Shown here piece after piece: positions 28,088-37,033 of a stretch of DNA of 64,000 nt. The notes beneath the pieces are model-generated. The model was not told where the DNA came from, ran no database searches, and worked only from the letters and a program-made list of their open reading frames with translations. Source of the DNA: Aureicoccus marinus (lineage in GTDB: Bacteria; Bacteroidota; Bacteroidia; Flavobacteriales; Flavobacteriaceae); assembly GCF_002954325.1 (NCBI RefSeq), contig NZ_MQVX01000001.1:251546-315545 (forward strand). Reading direction: 5' to 3'. The position numbers were made by a program, and so were the translations under genes. How positions within the stretch are numbered: the first letter of the stretch is position 1; every line of letters begins with the position of its first letter.

Positions 28088-29335
28088 ATGAAGACTGTAA
28101 AAACCAATACTGGTAGAATTCCATTTTTGGATTTCCTCAGAGGCGTTGCCCTCTTGGGGATCCTACTTATCCACTGCGTACAGCAATTCAACGTACTCTA
28201 CCCAACTTCCTATGAAGGTCTTTTCGGGGATTTTTTTTCTGGCCAATTTGAAGCCACCCTCAATTTTCTGATCGCCGGTAAATTCATCTTGATTTTTTCT
28301 CTGCTCTTTGGAATTAGTTTTGGCTTACAGGCCAAAATGAAAAGGGAATACGACAGTCCCTTGTTTTTTTATTCCAAGAACCTGGTTCTTTTTGTCTTTG
28401 GATTTGCGCATTTAATGATTTATTCCGGTGATATACTTTCGAAGTATGCCATTATGGCTGTTGTGCTGTATCTATTAGTCAAGGGGCTTAAGCCGATTTA
28501 TATCAAGATTCTATTCTTGGTTTTTTTCTTTCAACTCATACCGGCCGCGCTCCTACTTGTGCAGGGGGATTTATTCAAACAAGAGTTGGTAGATCAACGC
28601 ATTCGAGGTCCTATCTATCAATTCTCAGGCCTCTCTGAGGTGATTTACTACAATATGGAGACCTCTTGGTTACAGGCGTTTACCAAAAAGATGCTCAGTC
28701 CGAGGATGCATCGAATTTTTGCTTTCTTCCTTTTGGGGTATCTCATCACCACCTACGATTTAAGGCGATTACTGAAAAGGTCGGAGAATTGGTCTAAACA
28801 CGTCTTTGTCGTCTTGTCGGTTGCCGTAGGACTTCTGTATTGGATGAAGTTCTATATGGGCGGACTAGGGATAGAAGGAATATTTAAGAACTCCTTCTCT
28901 TCGAACGGGTTCATGACTTTTGCGCTTACCCATCTTTGGAAATGGTTTATCCTATTGGTCATTACCAGCTTTTGGATCTGCTCTGTACTGCTGCTTCACC
29001 AATCCACTGATCCGAGATCTTGGTTCATAAAGATGTTCTCGAATGTCGGAAAAATGAGTTTGACCAATTATCTGCTGCAATCGATTTTGTGTGTTATCAT
29101 ATTTTACGGCTTCGGCTTTGGGCTATATGCGCTCGGGTTAGAGTGGAGGCTACTCTTAGGAATGATTGTCTTCTTGATGCTGGCTTTCTATTCCACCTAT
29201 TCCCTGGATCGATACAACTACGGTCCATTTGAAGAGCTGTGGAAGAATCTTTCAAAGTGGGTGTATAGTTTGCACGCTCTGCCATCCAGTGTGATTCCCC
29301 TTGGCGTCAAAAAGTATTTAAAGAGAAAGCTTTAG
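28088..29335 (+). CDS. DUF418/DUF1624-type polytopic membrane protein (acyltransferase-3-like)
   Basis: N-terminal RIPFLDFLRGVALLGILLIH motif and about 10 TM helices. Confidence 0.6.
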   Translation: MKTVKTNTGRIPFLDFLRGVALLGILLIHCVQQFNVLYPTSYEGLFGDFFSGQFEATLNFLIAGKFILIFSLLFGISFGLQAKMKREYDSPLFFYSKNLVLFVFGFAHLMIYSGDILSKYAIMAVVLYLLVKGLKPIYIKILFLVFFFQLIPAALLLVQGDLFKQELVDQRIRGPIYQFSGLSEVIYYNMETSWLQAFTKKMLSPRMHRIFAFFLLGYLITTYDLRRLLKRSENWSKHVFVVLSVAVGLLYWMKFYMGGLGIEGIFKNSFSSNGFMTFALTHLWKWFILLVITSFWICSVLLLHQSTDPRSWFIKMFSNVGKMSLTNYLLQSILCVIIFYGFGFGLYALGLEWRLLLGMIVFLMLAFYSTYSLDRYNYGPFEELWKNLSKWVYSLHALPSSVIPLGVKKYLKRKL

Positions 29336-29354
29336 GCTTACTGAGTTGTTCTAC

Positions 29355-30146
29355 TCAGTGGATGTCAACGCGTTTTTTAATTAGAATTCTACCTGCGTTG
29401 ATCAACAGGACCGTCAGGCAAACGGCTACCGTTCCAATGATGTAAGGGTAGTTTCCGTCAAAACCTGAAGGGGACACATGTTTTAAGAGAATACCCGAGT
29501 AGGCCCAAACAAAGACCAGACCATAAGCTCTATTCCAGTCTTTATTCATGCGCAGGATTCCAATCACTAAACCGATCACCAGAATCAAACAGGTCCAAAT
29601 CGATTCACTGATACCGAATCCGTTCCATTGAATGCTGACTAGAAGGGCGGTGATATTGGCGATGGTCGCTACGGTTATCCAACCAAAATACACGCTGAAG
29701 GGTAGTCGAATGAAAAGTTTCTGTTTGCCCGTGAGCTTGCGGGTGTTAACCATATCAGCAATCTTAATGAGGGTGATAAGCAAAACAAGCATCAACAATA
29801 CGGACAGCCAAATAATCCCATAATGCCAGGCAAAAATCCAGGCAATGTTAGCCAGGGCGTTGATGATGAAAAACTGGCGAATACGGGTGCTACTTTTTTC
29901 ATCAGTTTCAGACAGCCCTTGTCCAGTGCCAAATTGGTAGATGGTATACCCTAAAAGAAGCAAGTAGATAAACCCCCAAATGGAAAAGGTAAGGCCTGCT
30001 GGTGTAAATAGATTGCCTAGCTTATCGGATGCTTCCCCGGTCGTAACTCCTCCAATAGGCAAGGCATTGGCCAGGTAGTTCACAGCAATCACAACAGTGA
30101 AGGCCAAGGCCACCAAGATTTTGAGAGCGGTATCTTTTTTAGTCAT
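29355..30146 (-). CDS. Membrane protein, TspO/MBR-related (tryptophan-rich sensory protein-like), tentative
   Basis: About 7 TM helices and an N-terminal LANALPIGGVTTGEASDKLGNLFTPAGLTFSIWGFIY motif. Confidence 0.4.
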   Translation of the reverse strand: MTKKDTALKILVALAFTVVIAVNYLANALPIGGVTTGEASDKLGNLFTPAGLTFSIWGFIYLLLLGYTIYQFGTGQGLSETDEKSSTRIRQFFIINALANIAWIFAWHYGIIWLSVLLMLVLLITLIKIADMVNTRKLTGKQKLFIRLPFSVYFGWITVATIANITALLVSIQWNGFGISESIWTCLILVIGLVIGILRMNKDWNRAYGLVFVWAYSGILLKHVSPSGFDGNYPYIIGTVAVCLTVLLINAGRILIKKRVDIH

Positions 30147-30387
30147 GGTAAAGCAATTAAAGTTGGCGACCGAATATTAGTCTAATTGTGTTTTAGTGAT
30201 GAAGATTGCTTTTTCCAAGATAGGGATTTATAGGGTGTTCCATTTTGGAAAGATGTTTTTGTGGCAAGGATTGGCTTCGCCCTTCCTGACAAAGCTCCGT
30301 AGTCTAAATGAAAAGCTTGTAAACCTGCGGTTTAGGCCCTTTTTATTTTCATTTCGATTAGGAAGCGAGCTTCCATCTCATTCAAAT

Positions 30388-30417
30388 AAAAAAGCCCGCC
30401 TTGCAGGGCGAGCTTTT
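30388..30417 (-). terminator. Terminator downstream of tRNA-Arg (imperfect hairpin flanked by an A-run and a T-run)
   Basis: aaaaaaGCCCGCC-ttgcag-GGCGAGCtttt. On the minus strand the stem includes a G-U wobble and is followed by TTTTTT. Confidence 0.45.
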
Positions 30418-30427
30418 CATTCTTAAG

Positions 30428-30501
30428 TGACCTCGGCAGGATTCAAACCTGCAACCTTCTGAGCCGTAATCAGATGCGCTATTCAGTTGCGCCACGAGGC
30501 C
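30428..30501 (-). tRNA. tRNA-Arg (anticodon ACG)
   Basis: The minus-strand sequence folds as a cloverleaf: acceptor stem GGCCTCG/CGAGGTC, anticodon loop TTACGGC (ACG), T-arm GCAGG-TTTGAAT-CCTGC. 74 nt. Confidence 0.85.
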
Positions 30502-30591
30502 TTTTGGTAAATCTCTTGAAGGATGATTTTCAAGAGGGGTGCAAATATATTTCTTTTTAAATTTACTTCAAACTCCCAAGTTCAGTTTTCC

Positions 30592-31104
30592 ATGAATCTT
30601 AATGAATTTATTCGGGATATCCCTGATTTCCCTGAGCAAGGCATTGTTTTTAAGGACATTACCCCCTTGATGGGAAATCCTGTAGCGCTTCAAGCTGTTC
30701 AGGAAGGTCTTCTGGATTTACTCCAAGGCCTGAAAATTGACAAAGTGGTGGGCATGGAAAGCCGCGGGTTCTTCCTGGGACCGGCTTTAGCGATGCACCT
30801 GAATGCTGGCTTTGTTCCTTTGAGAAAGCCCGGTAAACTGCCCCATACCACCTTGAAGCAGGCCTATGGCTTGGAATACGGAAAAGATGTTCTTGAGATG
30901 CACACGGATGCCATAGAAAAAGGGGAACGGGTATTGATTCACGATGATGTTCTGGCTACTGGAGGGACGGCCGAGGCAGCCTGTAAGCTCGTCGAACAAG
31001 CCGGTGGAGTAGTGGTTCAATGCAACTTCTTAATTGAACTGGACTTTCTAAAAGGACGCGAACGCATCTCTGCGTATTCCGTTCAATCCCTATTACATTA
31101 TTAA
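30592..31104 (+). CDS. apt: Adenine phosphoribosyltransferase
   Basis: PRPP-binding motif VLIHDDVLATGGTAEAA. 170 aa from the ATG at 30592 (MNLNEF); the longer upstream extension is unsupported. Confidence 0.85.
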   Translation: MNLNEFIRDIPDFPEQGIVFKDITPLMGNPVALQAVQEGLLDLLQGLKIDKVVGMESRGFFLGPALAMHLNAGFVPLRKPGKLPHTTLKQAYGLEYGKDVLEMHTDAIEKGERVLIHDDVLATGGTAEAACKLVEQAGGVVVQCNFLIELDFLKGRERISAYSVQSLLHY

Positions 31105-31280
31105 CCCAGCGCCTGGCAGGTGACATAGTAGCGGTAGCCAACCAATGCCAACTGCCACTTCTTGGCTTTCGCCAAATCCAAACCTTGCTTCGTAAAAGAG
31201 GGTAATACTGCTTTGTTGACCTTGGCGAGCCCTTGGAAGAAACTTTGCTTCATTGCGGTTGGTTGAGCTGCAAAGAAAGA

Positions 31281-31304
31281 AAAAACCCGGCACATGGCCG
31301 GGTT
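31281..31304 (-). terminator. Terminator hairpin for the SPFH gene
   Basis: CCCGGC-acatg-GCCGGG. On the minus strand it is followed by TTTTTTCTTTC. Confidence 0.4.
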
Positions 31305-31333
31305 TCATCACAATCGCAGGTCGTGTCAATTTG

Positions 31334-32668
31334 CTATTGCTTGTTGCTTTTTAGCATGGTCTTCGCCAGATCAGCTCCGATCAGCGATTCCAGGAGATTG
31401 GCCTGGGCTTTGTCCTTTCCGCCTCCTTCAATATAAAACTCGGGAAGTTTTAAGGCCTTGAGCTCTCTGGCTACGCCAACGGCGGTTTTGTATTCCCACT
31501 CGGCTCTTTCTTGCGGAGTAAGTCCCGCATTTACGAGCTTGGCGTTCTGATAGGCTTCTGCATCCGCAGCGACCTTCTTACTCTGGGCTTTGAATTTTTC
31601 CACCTCAAATTGTTTCTTCTCTTTGACGAGGTTGAACTCAGCCACTTTGGCTTCGGTCTCTGCAGCGATCGTTTTTTGGATCTGCTCTTTCTCTAGACGG
31701 GCTCTTTCGGCCGCCTTCTCGGCTTCACCACGGGCTTTCTCTTTTTGTGCCCGGTAAAACTCACGCTCGGCTTGTTGCTTTTCGAGTTGGGTTTGTGCCA
31801 CCTCCTCCTTTTGCAATTGCAGACGCTTATCAAAGGTCTCCTCCCAGTCAATCTCGGTAACCACCGCCTGAACGACGGTCAGTCCGTACCCTTTGAGGGA
31901 ATTGCCTGGCTCCCTTACGGGAAGACCATCTTTGATTTTAATCCGAAAGCGTTTTTGCTTGGTTTCTTGATTCACCACCGTTCTCACGGTAGAAGAATCT
32001 CCGATTACCTCGCGGTTCTCACTTTCGTTGTACTCTTCCAGAACATACATTCCGTTTTCGAGTTGATCTTTAAAATAGCGGTCAAAATCCGAAGCCTGTC
32101 CAGAAATATAATCCTGGGCATCCATGAGCTTACAGGTGTTTTTGATCGACTGATCAATGTTGGGGATAATCCGCGAACGGATTAGGTTTTTTTCAGTTTT
32201 GTTTCGATCGGCTACAGATAAGAACTGCGCTTCATCTTGTGTGTTGATGCTGATGACCACGGAAGTCGCGATTCGGGCTTTTACCGCATCGCTGAAAGCC
32301 CAGTATTTGGCCACGTCAACATTGGCGTATTCACTTTGCTCTCCAAGTTCGCCATCCCGACCAGGAATCACGTATTTAATCGGTAGTTCAAATTGTATAG
32401 GAATAAGTCTTCCCCACATTTTGGTGTTGATTCCTTGTCTAAAAACGGCCTTTTGACCGCCCCAAGGGTATTGCACTGCGTAGGCTGTACCAGGCTCGGC
32501 GTAAAACACCGTACCCGAAACGATGCTGAAGACAATACCGACTAAAAGAATTTGGATGCTTCGACGCGTGGTAAAGCGTTGAAAGAAGGTGTTGTTTTTA
32601 AGTATTGGATTTAGGATGAGGGTGATGAGCCCAAAAAGAATTATTAAAATTCCGAAAAATGTAATCAT
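31334..32668 (-). CDS. SPFH/band-7 (flotillin-like) membrane protein with a long Glu/Ala/Lys coiled coil
   Basis: N-terminal TM helix, an SPFH core, and a long EA-rich heptad region (EKQQAEREFYRAQKEKARGEAEKAAERARLEKEQ...). Confidence 0.75.
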   Translation of the reverse strand: MITFFGILIILFGLITLILNPILKNNTFFQRFTTRRSIQILLVGIVFSIVSGTVFYAEPGTAYAVQYPWGGQKAVFRQGINTKMWGRLIPIQFELPIKYVIPGRDGELGEQSEYANVDVAKYWAFSDAVKARIATSVVISINTQDEAQFLSVADRNKTEKNLIRSRIIPNIDQSIKNTCKLMDAQDYISGQASDFDRYFKDQLENGMYVLEEYNESENREVIGDSSTVRTVVNQETKQKRFRIKIKDGLPVREPGNSLKGYGLTVVQAVVTEIDWEETFDKRLQLQKEEVAQTQLEKQQAEREFYRAQKEKARGEAEKAAERARLEKEQIQKTIAAETEAKVAEFNLVKEKKQFEVEKFKAQSKKVAADAEAYQNAKLVNAGLTPQERAEWEYKTAVGVARELKALKLPEFYIEGGGKDKAQANLLESLIGADLAKTMLKSNKQ

Positions 32669-33165
32669 AAATTAGTTGGTGTTAAAGGTTAGTAATTGTT
32701 TAAAGCAGTACCTGAACGAGGTGTACAAATAGGGACACGACAAATTCAATAAATGCGATCATGATGTTCTGATTTTTTGATGATTATAAACTCCTTGATT
32801 GATGATGTTTGATCAATATAAAATGAGGAATGTCATGTTTCCAAGGATTTGGAAGGAAATCTATGAAAGAGAATACGAAACTGTAAGTTTTTAAACGGAA
32901 TATCTTTCAGAGTTTGAGTGACCTCCTTGGGCAAAGTTTTTGTTTGTAATTATAAAAATTCAGAAAGGTTTCGGATTATCACAAATGAAGGGGGTTTTTT
33001 GAGGGTATTTTGAAAACCAAGGGGCGTTTCGTTTAAAAAACAACCAAAAATGGCCAATCCGTTTATTAGGCCATTTCCTAATTCTGAAATTTCACTAAAT
33101 CCATAACACAAAAAAACCAGCCATTTTCGGACCGGTTTTTTCGATTGATTGGTTGGGTTGAGTCT

Positions 33166-34581
33166 TTATTTTTTGGTGTTAATGACCACGACCCCGTTTT
33201 TGCCCTTGCGGCCATACAATTCTTTAGCAGACTCTCCTTTCAATATATTGATGCTTTCAATCTTGTCTGGATTCATTTGGATCATCTTGTCTTTGTCGAC
33301 CACCTTACCATCGACGATGTACATGGGCTCTTTATCTCCATGATTGCGCACCACGACAAATTCGTTATCGGTATCCGAGATCACCTTGACGCGAACCGAA
33401 TCGCTAGAGTTGGTGCGAATCACTACCCGAGAACCATCGGTCTCCGATTCCTTTACACGCTTCTTTCTTTTGCGGCGCTTGCTTTTGTGCTTTCCTTTCT
33501 CGTCCTTATCCTCAATTCGGATGACCTCTACTTCAACCTCCTCTTTTGGATTTAAGTGGATGATTTCATCCTCATTAAGATCTCCTTTAATTCGGATGAC
33601 CTTGTGCTTATCGGTCAGGCGAATCACTTTTTCAGCTCCTCCTTCGATATCGATGGTTTCGAAGTGAACACTATCACCTATTGATTTCCAAACAATACTG
33701 TCTGCTTTAAAGGTGTGGGTTTTATCGCCATTGAGAATAATTATTTGCTCTTCTTTTTCTCCACCATTGCGGTCTCCACGAATGACAAAGGTGTTCCCTG
33801 CTCGAATACGCTTGCCTTTGTATTCCATGTTTCCGAAAGAAATTTGATTGCTCTGGTCATCGTAATGGATGGCAATAGGGGAGATGGGCTCCTCTCCGTT
33901 GAGGTTGTAGTTGCCGTTAAACTGGGCACCGTTCTCTCCCTTCCCGTTCATGGACAATTCAATGCTGATGATTTCTTTGTCGTCGTTGCGAACAACGGTG
34001 TACGAGAAGTCGATTCCATCCTTCGCCAAATCCGATTTGATTTTTTGAAGCTCTGCATCGGTCGTCGTGCTGTTGATGATAAGGTCAATGGATTTTACCC
34101 CTTCCATAGGCTTGCGCGGCTGGCGTACGGTATTGATCCCTCCCTGAGCCGTTTTGGGCTTTTTGGCTTTCACTTTTTTGCCGTAGCGCTCTTCGGCTTG
34201 GCCAAAATCTATAAAGCCTAAAGGATCCTGAGGATTGTTGTTCAACAAGATTTCGAAGTGAAGGTGGGGCCCTGTCGAAAGACCAGTGCTTCCAACGAAG
34301 CCAATAAGGTCTCCCATTTTTACGCTTTGGCCTTTTTCAACCATTCTCTTTTGCAAGTGCAGGTAGCGCGTGGCATACCCTTCTTGGTGCTCAAGACGCA
34401 GGTACTCTCCGTTCTTCTCGTTGTAATCGCTAATCTGTACAAGACCATCAGCACTTGCATAAACAGGTACGCCGGTTTTCGCACTGAGGTCAATGCCCTT
34501 GTGCTGTTGCAGATTCCCATTGAAAGGATTCTTGGCCGGGCCAAATCCGGAGGTAATCCGGTTGATTTGGTTTGTGGCCAA
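33166..34581 (-). CDS. M23 family metallopeptidase domain at the N-terminus, a highly charged repetitive central region, and a SusC-plug-like C-terminal motif. No signal peptide; TTG start.
   Basis: M23 motifs HKGIDL...GxHLHFE (GPHLHFEI). The C-terminus ESINILKGESAKELYGRKGKNGVVVINTKK resembles the conserved start of TonB-dependent-receptor plug domains. The ORF track gives M for the TTG at 34579-34581; there is no in-frame ATG upstream. Confidence 0.7.
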   Translation of the reverse strand: MATNQINRITSGFGPAKNPFNGNLQQHKGIDLSAKTGVPVYASADGLVQISDYNEKNGEYLRLEHQEGYATRYLHLQKRMVEKGQSVKMGDLIGFVGSTGLSTGPHLHFEILLNNNPQDPLGFIDFGQAEERYGKKVKAKKPKTAQGGINTVRQPRKPMEGVKSIDLIINSTTTDAELQKIKSDLAKDGIDFSYTVVRNDDKEIISIELSMNGKGENGAQFNGNYNLNGEEPISPIAIHYDDQSNQISFGNMEYKGKRIRAGNTFVIRGDRNGGEKEEQIIILNGDKTHTFKADSIVWKSIGDSVHFETIDIEGGAEKVIRLTDKHKVIRIKGDLNEDEIIHLNPKEEVEVEVIRIEDKDEKGKHKSKRRKRKKRVKESETDGSRVVIRTNSSDSVRVKVISDTDNEFVVVRNHGDKEPMYIVDGKVVDKDKMIQMNPDKIESINILKGESAKELYGRKGKNGVVVINTKK

Positions 34582-34663
34582 GGGACTGATAAAAGATACT
34601 TCCCAGGCGCTTACTTCTTCGGCATTGGCATAGCTGTAGCGCAGGACTTCTTTTTATTGAAGC

Positions 34664-35534
34664 TCAATAAAAGACCGCGATCAGGGGTAATACAAGTAAG
34701 AACTTCCAGCGTTTTGCTGGGGATGAAGGCTCTTGATTGATCATAACTATTCGTTTTTTGATTAATGAATTAAAAAAGGATGCGGACAACGCTGGGCTGT
34801 CTTGATGAATACTGAGTTTAAGCAGTGTCTTTTGGTAATTGCGGCTCGATTCCAGTTCTGCCGTAGCGGATTGGTCAGCCAAAAATTCCAGGTTTTGTTC
34901 GATATTTTTTCTAAACCACCAAGCAAACGGGTTGAACCAGTGCAGGCAGAGGACCAATTCCGCAAGCAGAATATCGATCGAGTGGAGCTGTTTGGCGTGT
35001 GCTCTTTCGTGGGTTAGAATCGCCTCCAGCTCGTCCTCCGGATAGGCTTCCGGATTAAAAGCTATGTAGCGGAAATAAGAAAAAGGCGGGTAGCTTATCG
35101 GCAACTTTACGTAGCGAAAACCTTCTTTCTTGTGTTGTGGGTAGCGTTGCAGCATGGAAGTTAGTCGCCAGCTCTTAAAGGCCAAACGCCCAAGGAGGAA
35201 TAGGGTGGTGGTACCGTAAAGCATGAGGAGCATGCCTTGCCAGCTCGACCAAATGGAGCTAGACTCTTGGCCGGTTTCTTCAATGATCTGTTCCACCGAA
35301 TTAGCCGGAACCAGGACGGGTTGCCATTCCACGAGTACATCGGTATAGGTGGTCCAGGTCAAGAGGGGCAGGACAAAGGATACCGATGGTAAATAAAAGG
35401 AACCAGCGCGAGACCTGAAAGTGGGTTTCTTTATACAAGAAGGCGCGGTAGAACAATAAAAACAAGGATAAAAGACCGGTGGCTTTGAGCAGGTAGATAA
35501 AAAAGAGTTCCATGGGACTATTTGGATTTTTCAA
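34664..35534 (-). CDS. BlaR1/MecR1-like M56 family membrane metallopeptidase (signal-transducer N-terminal domain only), split by an apparent 1-nt frameshift near 35340-35370
   Basis: ORF 35301..35534 encodes the N-terminal TM segments (MELFFIYLLKATGLLSLFLLFYRAF). ORF 34664..35362 continues in another frame with the HEXXH motif (ILTHERAHAKQLHS). The junction is at a CCCC/GGGG run. Confidence 0.7.
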
Positions 35535-35877
35535 TCAGGTTGATGATTTCTTTTAGTTCTTCTACACTGATTTTTTCTTCTTTGGCGAAAAAAGAAACCA
35601 GACTCTTGTAAGAGTCGTCGTAGTAATCAGCGATGGTCGCGTTCACGTACTTCTGTCTGTACTCGGTTTTACTGATCACCGGATGGTAGCGGTGGGTGTT
35701 ACCGAAGGCTTTGTGCCCGACGAATCCTTTCTCTTCGAGATTCCGAACAATGGTCGATAGGGTGTTGTAATGGGGTTTGTCCTCAGGCATTTCGGCCAAG
35801 ATCTCCTTGACAAAGGCTTGTTCCAGTCGCCATAAGATCATCATGATCTCTTCTTCTTTGTTCGTTAATTTCAGCAT
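35518..35877 (-). CDS. BlaI/MecI/CopY family transcriptional repressor
   Basis: Winged-helix N-terminal domain (EEEIMMILW...VKEILAEM...TLSTIVRNLEEKGFV) typical of penicillinase-repressor-family regulators. It overlaps the downstream M56 gene, which indicates an operon. Confidence 0.85.
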   Translation of the reverse strand: MLKLTNKEEEIMMILWRLEQAFVKEILAEMPEDKPHYNTLSTIVRNLEEKGFVGHKAFGNTHRYHPVISKTEYRQKYVNATIADYYDDSYKSLVSFFAKEEKISVEELKEIINLIEKSK

Positions 35878-35905
35878 AGTCTTTTATCTTGGTTCCAAAC
35901 CTATT

Positions 35906-35959
35906 ACTAAAATTTTAGTTACGCAACTAAAAACGTAGTAGTTTAACTAATTTTTTAGG
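35906..35959. promoter_or_regulatory. Operator-like array of alternating ACTA/TAGT half-sites at 10-bp phasing (three ACTA-N6-TAGT palindromes) upstream of the blaI-like operon
   Basis: ACTAaaatttTAGTtacgcaACTAaaaacgTAGTagtttaACTAatttttTAGg. The first unit, ACTAAAATTTTAGT, is a perfect 14-bp palindrome. Located 30-80 bp upstream of the blaI start (35877, minus). Confidence 0.45.
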
Positions 35960-36041
35960 AAAATTTTGTGAACGCCTCTGTAACAAGGCCCTAAGTTGAA
36001 AGACAAATGTTACCGTTATCTTTGCTGAAACACTTACCCCT

Positions 36042-36980
36042 TTGGAAAACTTTTTATACGTCATCGGTGGCCTCATTCTGCTCATTGCAGGTGGAAACTG
36101 GCTCCTTAAATCTGCGGTAGCCCTTTCTCTCCGCATGGACATTCCCAAAATTGTCATTGGGATGACGGTGGTTTCTTTTGCTACTTCTGCACCTGAACTC
36201 ATTGTTAGCATCAAGGCAGCCCTGGAGGGTTCTCCTGATTTAGCATTAGGGAATGTGGTGGGTTCCAATATTGCCAATCTCGGTTTGGTCCTGGCGGTCA
36301 CCGTTCTTATGGGAAGTATTGACGTACGGAAAAGCTTCTATACCACAGATTGGCCTGTGATGATGGTAGCTTCTTTGCTTTTTGTAGGCTTTATCTACGA
36401 AGACAAAGAACTTCAGCAATTCGAAGGCATCATCATGGTGGTTCTTTTGGTGCTCTTTCTATTCTATCTCTTACGTGTTCAAAAACCAGCGGTCGTTGAT
36501 GAAATGCCGGAAGACGATAAGCCCATGTCCTTAATTGCGACACTCTTTTATCTCTTGGTAGGAGGTGCAGGGCTTTGGGCGGGATCTGAACTCTTGATCG
36601 AAGGGGCCAAATCATTGGCCAGTAGCTTTGGGGTAAGCGAACGGGTAATCGGAATCACCGTAGTTTCCATAGGGACGAGCATTCCTGAACTCGCCGCTTC
36701 CGTTATCGCTGTCCTTAAAAAGGAAAAAGCGATATCGCTGGGGAATTTGATCGGCTCCAATATTTTCAATTTGTTGGCCGTGCTGGGCATCACTTCAATT
36801 GTAACCCCGATCAAGGTCATTGACGAAGGCTTGCTCGAAAGAGATATCTTCTGGATGCTGGGAATCTCCTTTCTTATCCTCCCCTTGGTTTTCTTCCCAA
36901 AGGGATTGCGTCTGGGCTGGAAGGATGGCTTTGTTCTCTTGGCCCTCTACACCTTATTTGTTTATTCCACCTTGGCTTAA
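36042..36980 (+). CDS. Ca2+/cation antiporter (CaCA family; YrbG-like Na+/Ca2+ exchanger)
   Basis: Two alpha-repeat signatures GNVVGSNIANLGL and GNLIGSNIFNLLAVLG, and about 10 TM helices. Confidence 0.85.
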   Translation: MENFLYVIGGLILLIAGGNWLLKSAVALSLRMDIPKIVIGMTVVSFATSAPELIVSIKAALEGSPDLALGNVVGSNIANLGLVLAVTVLMGSIDVRKSFYTTDWPVMMVASLLFVGFIYEDKELQQFEGIIMVVLLVLFLFYLLRVQKPAVVDEMPEDDKPMSLIATLFYLLVGGAGLWAGSELLIEGAKSLASSFGVSERVIGITVVSIGTSIPELAASVIAVLKKEKAISLGNLIGSNIFNLLAVLGITSIVTPIKVIDEGLLERDIFWMLGISFLILPLVFFPKGLRLGWKDGFVLLALYTLFVYSTLA

Positions 36981-36993
36981 AGACAATAAAAAA

Positions 36994-37016
36994 GCCACCG
37001 TGAAGGTGGCTTTTCA
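36994..37016. terminator. Bidirectional rho-independent terminator between the antiporter and the GSII gene
   Basis: aaaaaaGCCACC-gtgaa-GGTGGCtttt, with T-runs on both strands. Confidence 0.6.
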
Positions 37017-37033
37017 TTTAGGGTGAAGTGCTC

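Noticed and set aside
34582-34666. Possibility that the M56 and M23 ORFs are one gene joined by a simple frameshift
   Set aside because: The M56 frame ends at TGA (34664-34666). The M23 frame has a TAA a few codons upstream of that position. The third frame gives low-complexity text (LSFNKKKSCATAMPMPKK*). No single-base change obviously restores a continuous fusion, so I report them as separate genes and flag the architecture instead.
35927-36301. 124-aa minus-strand ORF overlapping the CaCA antiporter start and the blaI promoter
   Set aside because: It is antisense to a well-supported antiporter gene and spans the operator array. Arg/Ala/Pro-rich, typical of spurious reverse-frame ORFs.
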